Below are positions 18,087 to 27,933 of a DNA stretch of 64,000 bases, one piece after another (position 1 is the first letter of the stretch; the number at the start of each line of letters is the position of its first letter). Source of the stretch: Candidatus Dadabacteria bacterium UBA1144 (lineage in GTDB: Bacteria > Desulfobacterota_D > UBA1144). The notes under the pieces are model-generated. The model searched no databases. It was not told where the DNA came from and was given only the letters and a program-made list of their open reading frames with translations. The DNA lies in NCBI GenBank assembly GCA_002311855.1, contig DCAB01000012.1, positions 116,865 to 180,864 on the forward strand, written 5' to 3'. Made by a program: the position numbers and the translations under genes.

Positions 18087-19817
18087 TTATAAAGAATTAA
18101 TTTTTCTAACTATCTTAATTAAAATCAAACAGCCAAGAACAATCGAAACAATCGATGAAAGCAAATTGCCAGTTACAAACTGGATAAGACCATAAATTAA
18201 TATTAATATAGAGGAGGCAAACAACATCGAGTTCATTAAAGGATAAAAAATGTTTGTGCTATCAGGAAAAACTTTTTTCTTATCAAAATTCCAAAATCCA
18301 TCGGGCTTAATTTTATTATAAAATTTGGTTAATGTTTTATGTGTTTCGGGAGGAGTCATATAGGTAACTATTAGACCAATAAAAATAGAGAATGGGATTA
18401 TCATGATTTTTGTAAAAAAATTAACAGAAATTATATCAATCTTGCTAAGTACATAGATTATTAAACTTAAAATAATAGATGATATTAGAGCAGATATTTC
18501 GGACCAAGAATTTATTCTCCACCAAAACCATCTTGCAATCAAGAAAAATCCAAGACCCGAGCTTACGCTCCATAAAAAAATCCATGCCTCCCCAATATTT
18601 TGGATTGAGAGCCCAACGAATAGAGCCAAAAGAAGGAATACAACCGTAAAAATTTTTGATATACGAACATAATGCTCCTCGGATTTATTTTTTGAATAAA
18701 ATCTTTTGTATAAATCGTTAACAAGATAAGAAGATCCCCAATTTATTTGAGTACTAATCGTAGACATGTATGCAGCCAACAAAGTCACAATTAAAAATCC
18801 TTTGAATCCGCTTCCCACATAATCCCTAATAAGCAAAGGATAGATTGTTTCATTGTCTAAGTTCTGATTGATTTCAGTTGGGAAAATAATTAATGTGCAT
18901 ATTCCAATAATAAGCCAAGGTGCAAATCTAAGAACATAATGATTGACTACAAACCATATTGTACCAAGAGCACCGTCTTTTTCAGATTTGGCTGAACACA
19001 ATCTTTGTATTATATATCCTCCGCCATCCGAATTATGTGAAGACCACCAAACAATCGTCGCGTAACTGAGAAAAAGCATAAAATCATCTCCACTGAAAAT
19101 TGAAGGAATCATCTTTAGTTTTTCAGGAGATATAGATTTAATAAGTTGAAAATAATTACTTAATCCACCGATTTCTGGGGAGCATATTAAAAGAATTGCC
19201 AAAATAATGGATCCAGCAAATGCTATAAAATATTGTATGAAATCATTGACAACAACCCCTTTGAGGCCCGATGATGCTGTATAGAATAAGGCTACAAAAG
19301 TTACCACAATTAGTAATACCGTGCTATCAAAACCAAGTATAGTATTAAAGATTTTAAGAAAAGCACTAATGATCCACCCCGAAATTATTAAATTAAAGAA
19401 AGTTGAGAAGTAGAAAGCTTTAAATACTCTGAGATATCTTGCAGGGGTACCCGAATATCTGAGTTCAATAATCTGATTATCTGTAATAACTTCCGCTCGT
19501 CTCCAGTATCTTGAAAAAAAGAAAATCACCAAACAATGGGTGAAAAGAAAGGACCACCAAAACCAATTTTGCCAAATGCCAGGATTTCGTATCCATGAAA
19601 TTACAACTATTGGTGTATCAATAGATAGTGTTGTTGCAACCATGGATGTTCCTAAAAGCCACCAAGGAAGATTACGTTCAGAAACAAAGTATGATTTGAT
19701 ACTTTTTGAAGCCTGGCTTGAAAGATAAATCCCAATCGAGATACTCAGAACCAAGTAACAAACAATTATTATCAAATCAAAACTTGTTAAATATTTTAAA
19801 AAATCAAAATATTTCAT
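18087..19817 (-). CDS. sodium:solute symporter (SSS/SLC5)
   Basis: About 14 TM helices; YFVSERNLPWW, SMVATT, QRLCSAKSE, AAYMSTISTQINWGSSYLVND. Confidence 0.92.
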   Translation of the reverse strand: MKYFDFLKYLTSFDLIIIVCYLVLSISIGIYLSSQASKSIKSYFVSERNLPWWLLGTSMVATTLSIDTPIVVISWIRNPGIWQNWFWWSFLFTHCLVIFFFSRYWRRAEVITDNQIIELRYSGTPARYLRVFKAFYFSTFFNLIISGWIISAFLKIFNTILGFDSTVLLIVVTFVALFYTASSGLKGVVVNDFIQYFIAFAGSIILAILLICSPEIGGLSNYFQLIKSISPEKLKMIPSIFSGDDFMLFLSYATIVWWSSHNSDGGGYIIQRLCSAKSEKDGALGTIWFVVNHYVLRFAPWLIIGICTLIIFPTEINQNLDNETIYPLLIRDYVGSGFKGFLIVTLLAAYMSTISTQINWGSSYLVNDLYKRFYSKNKSEEHYVRISKIFTVVFLLLALFVGLSIQNIGEAWIFLWSVSSGLGFFLIARWFWWRINSWSEISALISSIILSLIIYVLSKIDIISVNFFTKIMIIPFSIFIGLIVTYMTPPETHKTLTKFYNKIKPDGFWNFDKKKVFPDSTNIFYPLMNSMLFASSILILIYGLIQFVTGNLLSSIVSIVLGCLILIKIVRKINSL

Positions 19818-20803
19818 CGTTTTAAAAAACTCCTTGCTTTTGCTTTTAAATTATTGATTTTTTTTATCTTTTTGATAATTAATTCACTTGACTGAGAAAA
19901 TATTCTATTAACTACTTTGATAGCCTCTTTGGGGTCAACGGGATCCAAGATTAAATCTCCCCCGTTTCTAATAAAAGATTCTATTACATTTTCTTGCAAA
20001 AAATTTTCCGTCAAAGCCCCCATCCTTAGTGAGTCAGAAATTACAACTTTTTTATATCCCAATTTTTTCACAAGTAAATCATTCATAATTTTTTTAGACA
20101 TTGAGGCAGGAATAGGTTCTCGATCAAAAGATAAATAATTAACATGGTTAAGCATAATCAACTCAACCTTATCAATTAAATTTACAAACGGGCTTATATG
20201 AGTTGAAAGTAATTCATCCAGTGAAAGGCTAGATTGTGTAATCTTCAGATGGGTATCACCAATCGCTGCACCCTGCCCTGGAAAATGTTTCAGGCAAGGT
20301 ACGATTTTGTTCGAATAACAAGAATCTATGAACAAAGAGGCTATTCGTGTAATTACTTCTGGATCATTAGAATAAGACCTACCTTTTAGGATTTCTTGAT
20401 TAAATATATTTACGTCTACTACCGGGGCCAAATTAAAAGATATTTGATTTTCATATAATTCCATATTAATTTCAAAAAATTTTTTTATGATTTCTTTTTT
20501 TTCATTCGAGACAAGATCCTTTACATCGAATTTTTTCCCAACATCACATCTGTGTCCGAAGCCATTTTCTGCATCAATGAAAAATAGAATTTTGGTTTCT
20601 GATTTTTTTTGAAGTTCTTTCTTGAGAAAATTGAATCTTTCAATTGGAAATGTCACCTTTTCCCCGAATTTGATTTCTTCGCTGGCAAACAAAATGAATG
20701 AATCAAAATGAAATTTGTTTACTAGGTTAATTGCATTGCTCAAAGATGAATCAGAATTAACGTTAATCCTTGGCACTATCAGATTCGATAAATTTTTATT
20801 CAT
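19814..20803 (-). CDS. nagZ: beta-N-acetylglucosaminidase (GH3, single domain)
   Basis: IDAENG, APVVDV, KHFPGQG...DTH, SDSLRMGAL; context with anmK/murQ. Confidence 0.82.
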   Translation of the reverse strand: MNKNLSNLIVPRINVNSDSSLSNAINLVNKFHFDSFILFASEEIKFGEKVTFPIERFNFLKKELQKKSETKILFFIDAENGFGHRCDVGKKFDVKDLVSNEKKEIIKKFFEINMELYENQISFNLAPVVDVNIFNQEILKGRSYSNDPEVITRIASLFIDSCYSNKIVPCLKHFPGQGAAIGDTHLKITQSSLSLDELLSTHISPFVNLIDKVELIMLNHVNYLSFDREPIPASMSKKIMNDLLVKKLGYKKVVISDSLRMGALTENFLQENVIESFIRNGGDLILDPVDPKEAIKVVNRIFSQSSELIIKKIKKINNLKAKARSFLKR

Positions 20804-20804
20804 A

Positions 20805-21956
20805 TTATGGCGTGGAGATTTTTCCTAAAAGTATTTTTTTATTTGATCCAGTAAGATTTTCAAGAAGAATCCTTTTGTTTGTAATTCTCAAATATGCTAA
20901 CAGTGCAAACAAAATTGATTCTTTATATTTAGACGGCATACCTAATTCATCAGATTTGATAAAATTCAATTGTGGCAATCTCTCTTCAAGTTTTGATACA
21001 AGAAATTTATTTTTAACCCCACCACCTGACAGAATCACCATTCTGGGTAATGAAAATGGAAAAATAAATCTCTCATAAGATCTCGCAATCGATTCAACTG
21101 TTGCGATTGATAAGGTTGCCAATAAATCGTTAAACTTAATTTTCTTTTTAATTGAATAATTGTACAAATCATTAGCATATTCTATTCCAAACTCTCTATT
21201 CCCAGTAGATTTTGGAGGAAGTAAATCAAAATATGGGTTTGATAAAAGCTTATCTAAAAGTGCATAGTTTATTTTTCCTTTCCGTGCCATTGAACCATTT
21301 TCATCATAAAAAATCTTTCCTTTTGATTTTATACGCATAACTTTATCTATCAGAGAATTTGCAGGGCCTGAATCATAGCCAATACATTTTGAAAGTTTTG
21401 ATTCTACTAATGTTGAATTGGCAATACCACCAAGATTTTGACAAATAAAAGGCCTTTTAATTTCAGGGAAAAGATAATAGTCCAAAATTGGAGCAAGTGG
21501 TGCGCCCGCCCCACCTGTAATAATATCTTTTTTTCTGAAATCAAAAATCGTCAATATTCCTGTATTTTGAGAAACTGAATCAGCTTCAGTTATTTGTATA
21601 GATACAGTTCTATTCAAATCTTGAGAATGGTGAATAGTTTGTCCATGCAAGCCAATTGCATCAATTTTTGAATTTTGTATTTTATTTTTTTTTAAGAAAA
21701 AATTAATTTTCTTAGCTACAAAATCTCCTAATTTTAAACTAAGGCTTTCAATATCAGATATTTTGGAGCTTGGGCCAGAATACAAAATTTCCCTTTGCAA
21801 AACAGTTGGGTACTTAAAAGAACTAAAATGCAGCAATTTAAATAGTTGGGTATTTGATGCTTGACTACTAAATCTTAATAAAGAAATATCCAGCGAGTCT
21901 GCTGATGTACCCGAATTAACTCCTAATATTTTCATAGTATTTTTTTCTTTTATCAT
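20805..21956 (-). CDS. anmK: anhydro-N-acetylmuramic acid kinase
   Basis: NSGTSADSLD, HGQTIHH, DFRKKD, GAPLAP, NLGGIAN, DSGPAN, PPKSTG.E.F. Confidence 0.95.
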   Translation of the reverse strand: MIKEKNTMKILGVNSGTSADSLDISLLRFSSQASNTQLFKLLHFSSFKYPTVLQREILYSGPSSKISDIESLSLKLGDFVAKKINFFLKKNKIQNSKIDAIGLHGQTIHHSQDLNRTVSIQITEADSVSQNTGILTIFDFRKKDIITGGAGAPLAPILDYYLFPEIKRPFICQNLGGIANSTLVESKLSKCIGYDSGPANSLIDKVMRIKSKGKIFYDENGSMARKGKINYALLDKLLSNPYFDLLPPKSTGNREFGIEYANDLYNYSIKKKIKFNDLLATLSIATVESIARSYERFIFPFSLPRMVILSGGGVKNKFLVSKLEERLPQLNFIKSDELGMPSKYKESILFALLAYLRITNKRILLENLTGSNKKILLGKISTP

Positions 21957-21964
21957 ATATCTTT

Positions 21965-22849
21965 TTATTCTTTGAATAATTCCTTTAAAGATAAAGTTTT
22001 GGATAAATCTTTTGCTTTATCGTAATTCATTTTTTTCTTAAACATGATTAATGCTATCCTCGTGTTCCATTTACTTTTTTTTAATAGCTGGAGAGATTTT
22101 TTTTGATTCAAATTAAGAAGAATCGACAAATTTCTCAAGGTTCTTGCCTTGAGTTTTTTTGTAGTGGGCGAGATATCTATCATCATATTTTTATAAACTT
22201 TTTCTGCTTTAATCATTGCAGTAGTAGTAATAATATTTAATACATTTTTTGTGATTGTTCCTGATTTAAGCCGAGTAGATCCCGCTACAAATTCCGGACC
22301 AACATCAAGTATAATATCGAAATCTGAGATTTTATGTTTTTGTTTGTTACAAGTAATAAAAATTGTTTTTGAATTTATTCTCTTAGCATAATTAATCGCT
22401 GAAATAACATAATTCGTTGTAGCACTCGCTGAAATTCCGATTAAAAGATCATTTTTTGAAAAACCCTTTTTAATTAAATCATCTCTAGAATTAATCTTTG
22501 AATCTTCTGCTCCTTCGATAGCTCTGAAAGTCGCCCTATTGCCTCCAGCTATTAAACCGACAATTTTAGTTGGTGAAGTGCCAAAAGTAGGGGGACATTC
22601 AGCCGCCTCAAGTATACCAAGTCTTCCACTAGTTCCAGCTCCAATAAAGAATATTCTGGACCTACTGGAAAATGCTTCAAAGAATATTTTGGTTGCCTTG
22701 GCAATTTTTCTTGAATTCTTTTTTAAGATTTTATGTATTACTTCTTCCTCGCTAATAAAAGCGTCAACTATTTCATCAATAGTCTTAGAGTCGGTATCGA
22801 TTCGCTTATTTATTCTCTCGGTAGAAAGGTCTTTAAAAATATCTTTCAT
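21965..22849 (-). CDS. murQ: N-acetylmuramic acid 6-phosphate etherase
   Basis: GAGTSGRLG.LEAAECPPTFG, EGAED, GPEFVAGSTRLKSGT; start moved to ATG 22849. Confidence 0.96.
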   Translation of the reverse strand: MKDIFKDLSTERINKRIDTDSKTIDEIVDAFISEEEVIHKILKKNSRKIAKATKIFFEAFSSRSRIFFIGAGTSGRLGILEAAECPPTFGTSPTKIVGLIAGGNRATFRAIEGAEDSKINSRDDLIKKGFSKNDLLIGISASATTNYVISAINYAKRINSKTIFITCNKQKHKISDFDIILDVGPEFVAGSTRLKSGTITKNVLNIITTTAMIKAEKVYKNMMIDISPTTKKLKARTLRNLSILLNLNQKKSLQLLKKSKWNTRIALIMFKKKMNYDKAKDLSKTLSLKELFKE

Positions 22850-22951
22850 ATGATGAGCCTTCGGTAATTTAATTATAACAAACAACATGTAAATTATTAT
22901 TAATTTTAGACTTCCAATATCATTAATTTCTATATAAAATATATTAATCCA

Positions 22952-24520
22952 ATGAACAAAATCAGTACTGCTCTAATCAGTGTTTGGGATAAATCCAGTC
23001 TAGATATACTTGCAAAGAAGTTGATCGAGGTTGGCATAGAGATAATCTCTAGCGGTGGTACCGCCAAATTTCTCAGGGAGAATGGTATTCAAGTCAAAGA
23101 TGTATCAGATATTACTGGATTTCCGGAAATGCTAGATGGGAGAGTAAAAACACTTCATCCCAAGATTCATGCCGGTATATTGGCCATTAGAAATAATAAT
23201 CAACATATAGTCGACCTTGAAAATCAATCAATAAATCCTATAGATTTAGTAATTGTTAATTTTTATCCTTTCGAAAAAACCATTGAAAATAAAGACGTAG
23301 CTTTTCAAGAAGTCATTGAGAATATTGATATTGGTGGACCGACAATAGTAAGAGCAGCAGCTAAAAATTTCCAAGATGTAAGTGTCGTGGTTGATACTTC
23401 AGATTACGAGATTCTTATTAGTAAAATTTCTAACGGTATCTTAACTATGGATAAAGAATTGAATTACAACCTAGCAAAGAAAGCCTTTTCGTATGTTGCA
23501 AAGTATGATGCCGTCATATCCAATCATTTGGGGATCCTAAATCTTGATAATTCAAAAAATAAGATGCCTGAGACATTAACTCTTCACTATAAAAAATCAT
23601 ATGACTTACGATATGGAGAGAATCCTCATCAGGAAGGATCTTTTTTTGTTGAAGACAATATTGTTGGGCCTTGTATTGCTAATTCAGTCCAACTACAAGG
23701 CAAAGAACTCTCCTTGAATAACATCTACGATGCCAATTCTTGTTTAGAAACGGTTAAAGAATTTAAAACTAACGCCTGTGTGATAGTAAAACACAATAAT
23801 CCTTGTGGTGTTGCAGAACATAAAAGACTTCTCCAGGCATATATTGATGCAAGAGACTGCGATCCAACAAGTGCATTTGGAGGAATAGTCGCTTTTAATA
23901 ACAAAGTCACAAAGGGCTTAGCCGAAGAAATAGCAAAAACTTTTATTGAAGTACTAGTCGCACCTGAATATTCTGATGATGCTTTAGAAATCTTAAAGAG
24001 TAAATCTAATCTTAGAGTTCTTAAAACTCCTCCCTTCTCTGAGAAAAATAAAAATCTAATGGATATAAAAAAAGTAGTTGGTGGCATTCTTTATCAGGAT
24101 TCTGATCTTGAATCTGATAAAGATTTTACAGATTACACGGTAGCCACTGAAAGGGCCCCAACAAATAAAGAAATTAAAACTCTCTTGTTAGCTTGGAAAG
24201 TTTGCAAAAATGTGAAATCTAATGCTATAGTGCTCGCAAGAGAAAACAAGACTGTTGGAATTGGAGCTGGACAAATGAATAGAGTCAATTCGGTCCAATT
24301 AGCGAGAATAAAGGGGGAGGAGCACTATGGAACAAAAGGGTCAGTTTTGGCTTCAGATGCTTTTTTTCCATTTAGAGATGGTGTAGATGAGGCTGCAAAA
24401 TCCGGTGTCACAGCTATAGTTCAGCCTGGTGGATCAATAAGAGACGAAGAAGTTATTGCAGCTGCCAATGAAAACAATATCGCTATGATATTTGTTGGGA
24501 TTAGACACTTCAAACATTAG
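22952..24520 (+). CDS. purH: AICAR transformylase / IMP cyclohydrolase
   Basis: GRVKTLHP, IDIGGP, LRYGENPHQ, KHNNPCG, SDAFFPF, RHFKH. Confidence 0.98.
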   Translation: MNKISTALISVWDKSSLDILAKKLIEVGIEIISSGGTAKFLRENGIQVKDVSDITGFPEMLDGRVKTLHPKIHAGILAIRNNNQHIVDLENQSINPIDLVIVNFYPFEKTIENKDVAFQEVIENIDIGGPTIVRAAAKNFQDVSVVVDTSDYEILISKISNGILTMDKELNYNLAKKAFSYVAKYDAVISNHLGILNLDNSKNKMPETLTLHYKKSYDLRYGENPHQEGSFFVEDNIVGPCIANSVQLQGKELSLNNIYDANSCLETVKEFKTNACVIVKHNNPCGVAEHKRLLQAYIDARDCDPTSAFGGIVAFNNKVTKGLAEEIAKTFIEVLVAPEYSDDALEILKSKSNLRVLKTPPFSEKNKNLMDIKKVVGGILYQDSDLESDKDFTDYTVATERAPTNKEIKTLLLAWKVCKNVKSNAIVLARENKTVGIGAGQMNRVNSVQLARIKGEEHYGTKGSVLASDAFFPFRDGVDEAAKSGVTAIVQPGGSIRDEEVIAAANENNIAMIFVGIRHFKH

Positions 24521-26028
24521 TTATCTAAGATTATCTTTCTTTCTTTTATTAAAATTCCGAGTGAATATTCCAATGAAGCAATTGAAATATTATAATTGGA
24601 TAGTGCTTTATTATATTCAGCCTGAGCATAAATCATGTCTCTTTGTGCCTCTAAAACATCCCTTGTTTTTGCCATGCCAATTTTAAACCTTTCCTCCTCG
24701 ATCTTTAATACTTCATCCTTTAAGGACAAATATAACTTCGAAGACTCAACATTTTTTATACTCGACATTAGCTCTCTATAAGAATTTCTTGTATCTAGAT
24801 TTATCGAATCTAACAACTTATTCAGCAATGATATTCTTTGATTTCTTTGGGCAATCGCTATTTCGTATCTACCTTCAGCAGCATTATTGTTCAGTGGAAT
24901 AGTTAGTTTTGCCCCAATACTCCAAGATTTGTTTTCTAAAGATTTCAATGTATCCATGGAATCCGAGAAACCTTCATCATATTTAGATGCAATTCTAGGT
25001 ACACCTAAAATTGTTGTTGAATAATCAGAATTTTTAGAACCACCTAGACCTGCGTATGCTAAAGATGCTTCAATATCAAAATCAGGTAACAACTGATTGG
25101 AATAATATTTAACGAGTTGTTTGGAATTTTCAAGTTGCATAGATTCCTGTCTAATCTCTGGCCTATTGTTTATGGCAATATATTCTAGTTCAGATTCATC
25201 GAACTGCTTTAATATTTTTTTCTCGACATAATCATCAACAATAATTTTCTGAGATAGTGGTAATGACAAGGACAATTTTAATAAATCTGACGAAGCTTGA
25301 TAAGCGTTTTCCGCTTTAATAAGGTTGACTTTTCTAAAAGCAACTTCTGACTGAGCCTGCAATAAAGCAATCTTAGGCAAAGTACCTATCTCGATTTCAA
25401 TTCTATTTTTTTCTACTAAATCTTCAGCAAGTCTAAGTGAGAAATAAGCAAGTTCAAGGTTCTTGTCAGCATATACCACATTCCAATATTTTGTTTCGAC
25501 GTCCAATATTGTTGAAGCGATAATTCTTTCAAGTTCAATTTTAGATATTTCATTATTTCTCTTCGCAATTATTATTTTAGAATTATTTATATTGGTTCCG
25601 AAATCTCTGAACAAATTTTGTCTCAATGTAAATTCTAGACTCGTTTCCCACCGAGGGCTAATTGCACTTGTTCCCAAATCAGTTTTGGTTTTGTTTATCT
25701 CGACATCAAATAGACTATAATGTGTTCCCGTAGGCAAATAGCCTTCAAATTCTAAACTTGCAGAGGTCAAATCTTCATTTATAACATTATCCTTGGCAAA
25801 GGCCGAAGTAGAGGGCGTAGTTGAATCGATATAATTTAATTCAATAGTCAAATTCGGATCGTATATGGATCGAGATTCTTTTATTTCACCAAAACGTAAT
25901 TCTAATTCAGCTTCTTGAATGATTATATCCCTATTGTTTTTTAAAGCATATTGTATTGCATCTTCCAATGAGATTGAAAAAGTGGGAGCTACAAGTACGA
26001 AAAAGAACAGAAGTACTTTTAGAATCAT
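24517..26028 (-). CDS. TolC family outer-membrane protein
   Basis: Signal peptide; SLEDAIQYALKNN; two OEP repeats; no adjacent RND/MFP genes. Confidence 0.9.
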   Translation of the reverse strand: MILKVLLFFFVLVAPTFSISLEDAIQYALKNNRDIIIQEAELELRFGEIKESRSIYDPNLTIELNYIDSTTPSTSAFAKDNVINEDLTSASLEFEGYLPTGTHYSLFDVEINKTKTDLGTSAISPRWETSLEFTLRQNLFRDFGTNINNSKIIIAKRNNEISKIELERIIASTILDVETKYWNVVYADKNLELAYFSLRLAEDLVEKNRIEIEIGTLPKIALLQAQSEVAFRKVNLIKAENAYQASSDLLKLSLSLPLSQKIIVDDYVEKKILKQFDESELEYIAINNRPEIRQESMQLENSKQLVKYYSNQLLPDFDIEASLAYAGLGGSKNSDYSTTILGVPRIASKYDEGFSDSMDTLKSLENKSWSIGAKLTIPLNNNAAEGRYEIAIAQRNQRISLLNKLLDSINLDTRNSYRELMSSIKNVESSKLYLSLKDEVLKIEEERFKIGMAKTRDVLEAQRDMIYAQAEYNKALSNYNISIASLEYSLGILIKERKIILDN

Positions 26029-26050
26029 TGTTATTAATGTATCAGATTAT

Positions 26051-26083
26051 AAAAAAAAAGGGAGTCCTAAAATTAGGACTCCC
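26051..26083 (-). terminator. rho-independent terminator of the 545-aa OMP gene
   Basis: GGGAGTCCTAA/TTAGGACTCCC inverted repeat followed by T9 on the minus strand. Confidence 0.9.
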
Positions 26084-26105
26084 TGTAATAGCGTTAAACT
26101 AAATA

Positions 26106-27743
26106 CTATTTAGTTGCGGCAGGAGCTTTAAAGAAATCATCAATAAAGATCATTAATCTAGATTGAAACGCCCAGATATTTCCTTCTGTTTCAAGTAAAG
26201 ATTTTGCCCGCATACCACTAGTATTATTGTAGGCTTGAGCAATTAAAGCATCCTCAAGACCGCTACCTACATCAATATATGAACCAATTAATGAAAGTTC
26301 AACTCCATCAACTAGATCCATTGAATATGTAGCTTCATACTCAGTACCTATATAGTCATCGATAGTACCTACTGTACCATCAGATGCACCAGCATTAGCA
26401 CCTATATTTTGGTCGGCTGGATTGTCATTTTCATTCCATGCCATGATAACTTGAAGATTCAAATTATCACCATTTGCAAGGCCATAATCTATGGCACCTC
26501 TTAGATAACTCGCATTAATAACACTTCCTGATCTTTGATAAAGAGTAGGAATAACGTGTTTAAATAACAGGTTATCGAGATTGTAAGCACCACTAAATCT
26601 TATGATAGAACCCTCATAGTCATTTGAGGTTGTATTTCTCTCATCACCAGGTGATGTACCAGCTTCAATTAGTAGTTTTGAAAATGGAGCTGTTCCATCA
26701 ACTGTTAATCTAGCTGCTGCAACATAGTTGGTTCTCTTAACAACCAATTGGTCTTGGTTGGCATCAAGTGAAGCCTCAGGTGACAAGTCACCGTATGCAC
26801 CAGTATATTCTGTAATGAACTGCCATCCATCACCTGAATATTGCATATAAGCACTATAAAGTGCTAGCGCCATGTCATATCTGTACATGGTCCCTGCAAT
26901 AGACATATTGTTTTGTTCTATAAATGGGAACAGATAAGCACCATAGACTAAATTACCATTTGCTATAATCACAGCACTAGCTAAATAATCTACAGTTTGA
27001 CCATTACCGTCAAACAGTCCAAAAGAACTGTCAGAACTATGGCTTCCAACTTCAAAGTCACTACCACCACCAAGATAATCAGAAACTAACACTAATGTTA
27101 AGCTTCCCAATGGTGTACCAAAAGCTTTTAACCAAAGTAAACGATCGACGTTAAAACCCTTGTCTGAATAAGGATCATGACCACCGTTTGCATATATACC
27201 CATAGCAAAGTCAAATGGTTGTCTTCCGATTCTTACGAAACCTTTATCACCTAAGTTAATATCTGCATGCATGTACTTAACTGTGAAACTTCCGTAATCT
27301 TCATCGATAGCATCATCACCCCAAAGAAAAGCACCGCCAAACCTGTCGGTGTATCTTAGGTCATCCATAACAACACCACCACTTTCTGAACCATCAGAGT
27401 CTTCACCAAACAGACCACCAGTAGCACCACCAGCAATAGCATTACTTAGAACATCAATTGACGATCTAATTGTAACTGCATCACTAAGGACTAATTGAGG
27501 TGTTAGACGAAGAGTCATATCAGCAAAGTGGATATGCTCACCAGTAGTATCACTATCTAAACCACCAGCTAAGTTTAACAACTCGGCAGGTGTAAGAATG
27601 TTATGATACGTGGCATTATGGAGTGATCTCCAACGAAACCGCATAAAACTTGGGAATCCGCCAAGGCTTAGTTCCACAGCAAAAGATGGAATAGCTAGAC
27701 CAAGAGCAAAGACCAAAGTTAATACATATTTCATAATACGCAT
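26106..27743 (-). CDS. outer-membrane beta-barrel protein, probable major OMP (resembles TIGR04551/OmpJ-like barrels)
   Basis: Signal peptide ending PSFA; amphipathic strands DMTLRLTPQLVLSDAVTIRSSIDVLSN, VRIGRQPFDFAMGIYAN, IGTEYE; AAGGAGGT SD; strong terminator. Confidence 0.75.
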   Translation of the reverse strand: MRIMKYVLTLVFALGLAIPSFAVELSLGGFPSFMRFRWRSLHNATYHNILTPAELLNLAGGLDSDTTGEHIHFADMTLRLTPQLVLSDAVTIRSSIDVLSNAIAGGATGGLFGEDSDGSESGGVVMDDLRYTDRFGGAFLWGDDAIDEDYGSFTVKYMHADINLGDKGFVRIGRQPFDFAMGIYANGGHDPYSDKGFNVDRLLWLKAFGTPLGSLTLVLVSDYLGGGSDFEVGSHSSDSSFGLFDGNGQTVDYLASAVIIANGNLVYGAYLFPFIEQNNMSIAGTMYRYDMALALYSAYMQYSGDGWQFITEYTGAYGDLSPEASLDANQDQLVVKRTNYVAAARLTVDGTAPFSKLLIEAGTSPGDERNTTSNDYEGSIIRFSGAYNLDNLLFKHVIPTLYQRSGSVINASYLRGAIDYGLANGDNLNLQVIMAWNENDNPADQNIGANAGASDGTVGTIDDYIGTEYEATYSMDLVDGVELSLIGSYIDVGSGLEDALIAQAYNNTSGMRAKSLLETEGNIWAFQSRLMIFIDDFFKAPAATK

Positions 27744-27933
27744 CTCTCTACCTCCTTTTTGTAAAGATACATAACTATATTGTATTTTTGCCCTCTAAGT
27801 CAAGGTATTTGTTAATTTTTTCTTAAGAAATCTTGTGGTTTTTGCTTAACAAAATCATTCTTTTGACAATTTTATCTCTTAATCTGATAAAGATTTAAAA
27901 AAGATCAAGCATTACAGGTAGTTGGATGATTTA

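Noticed and set aside
19814-20803. nagZ as a pseudogene (divergent N-terminus, KHFPGQG instead of KHFPGHG)
   Set aside because: Frame is intact and the catalytic D-x-H and nucleophile Asp (SDSL) are retained
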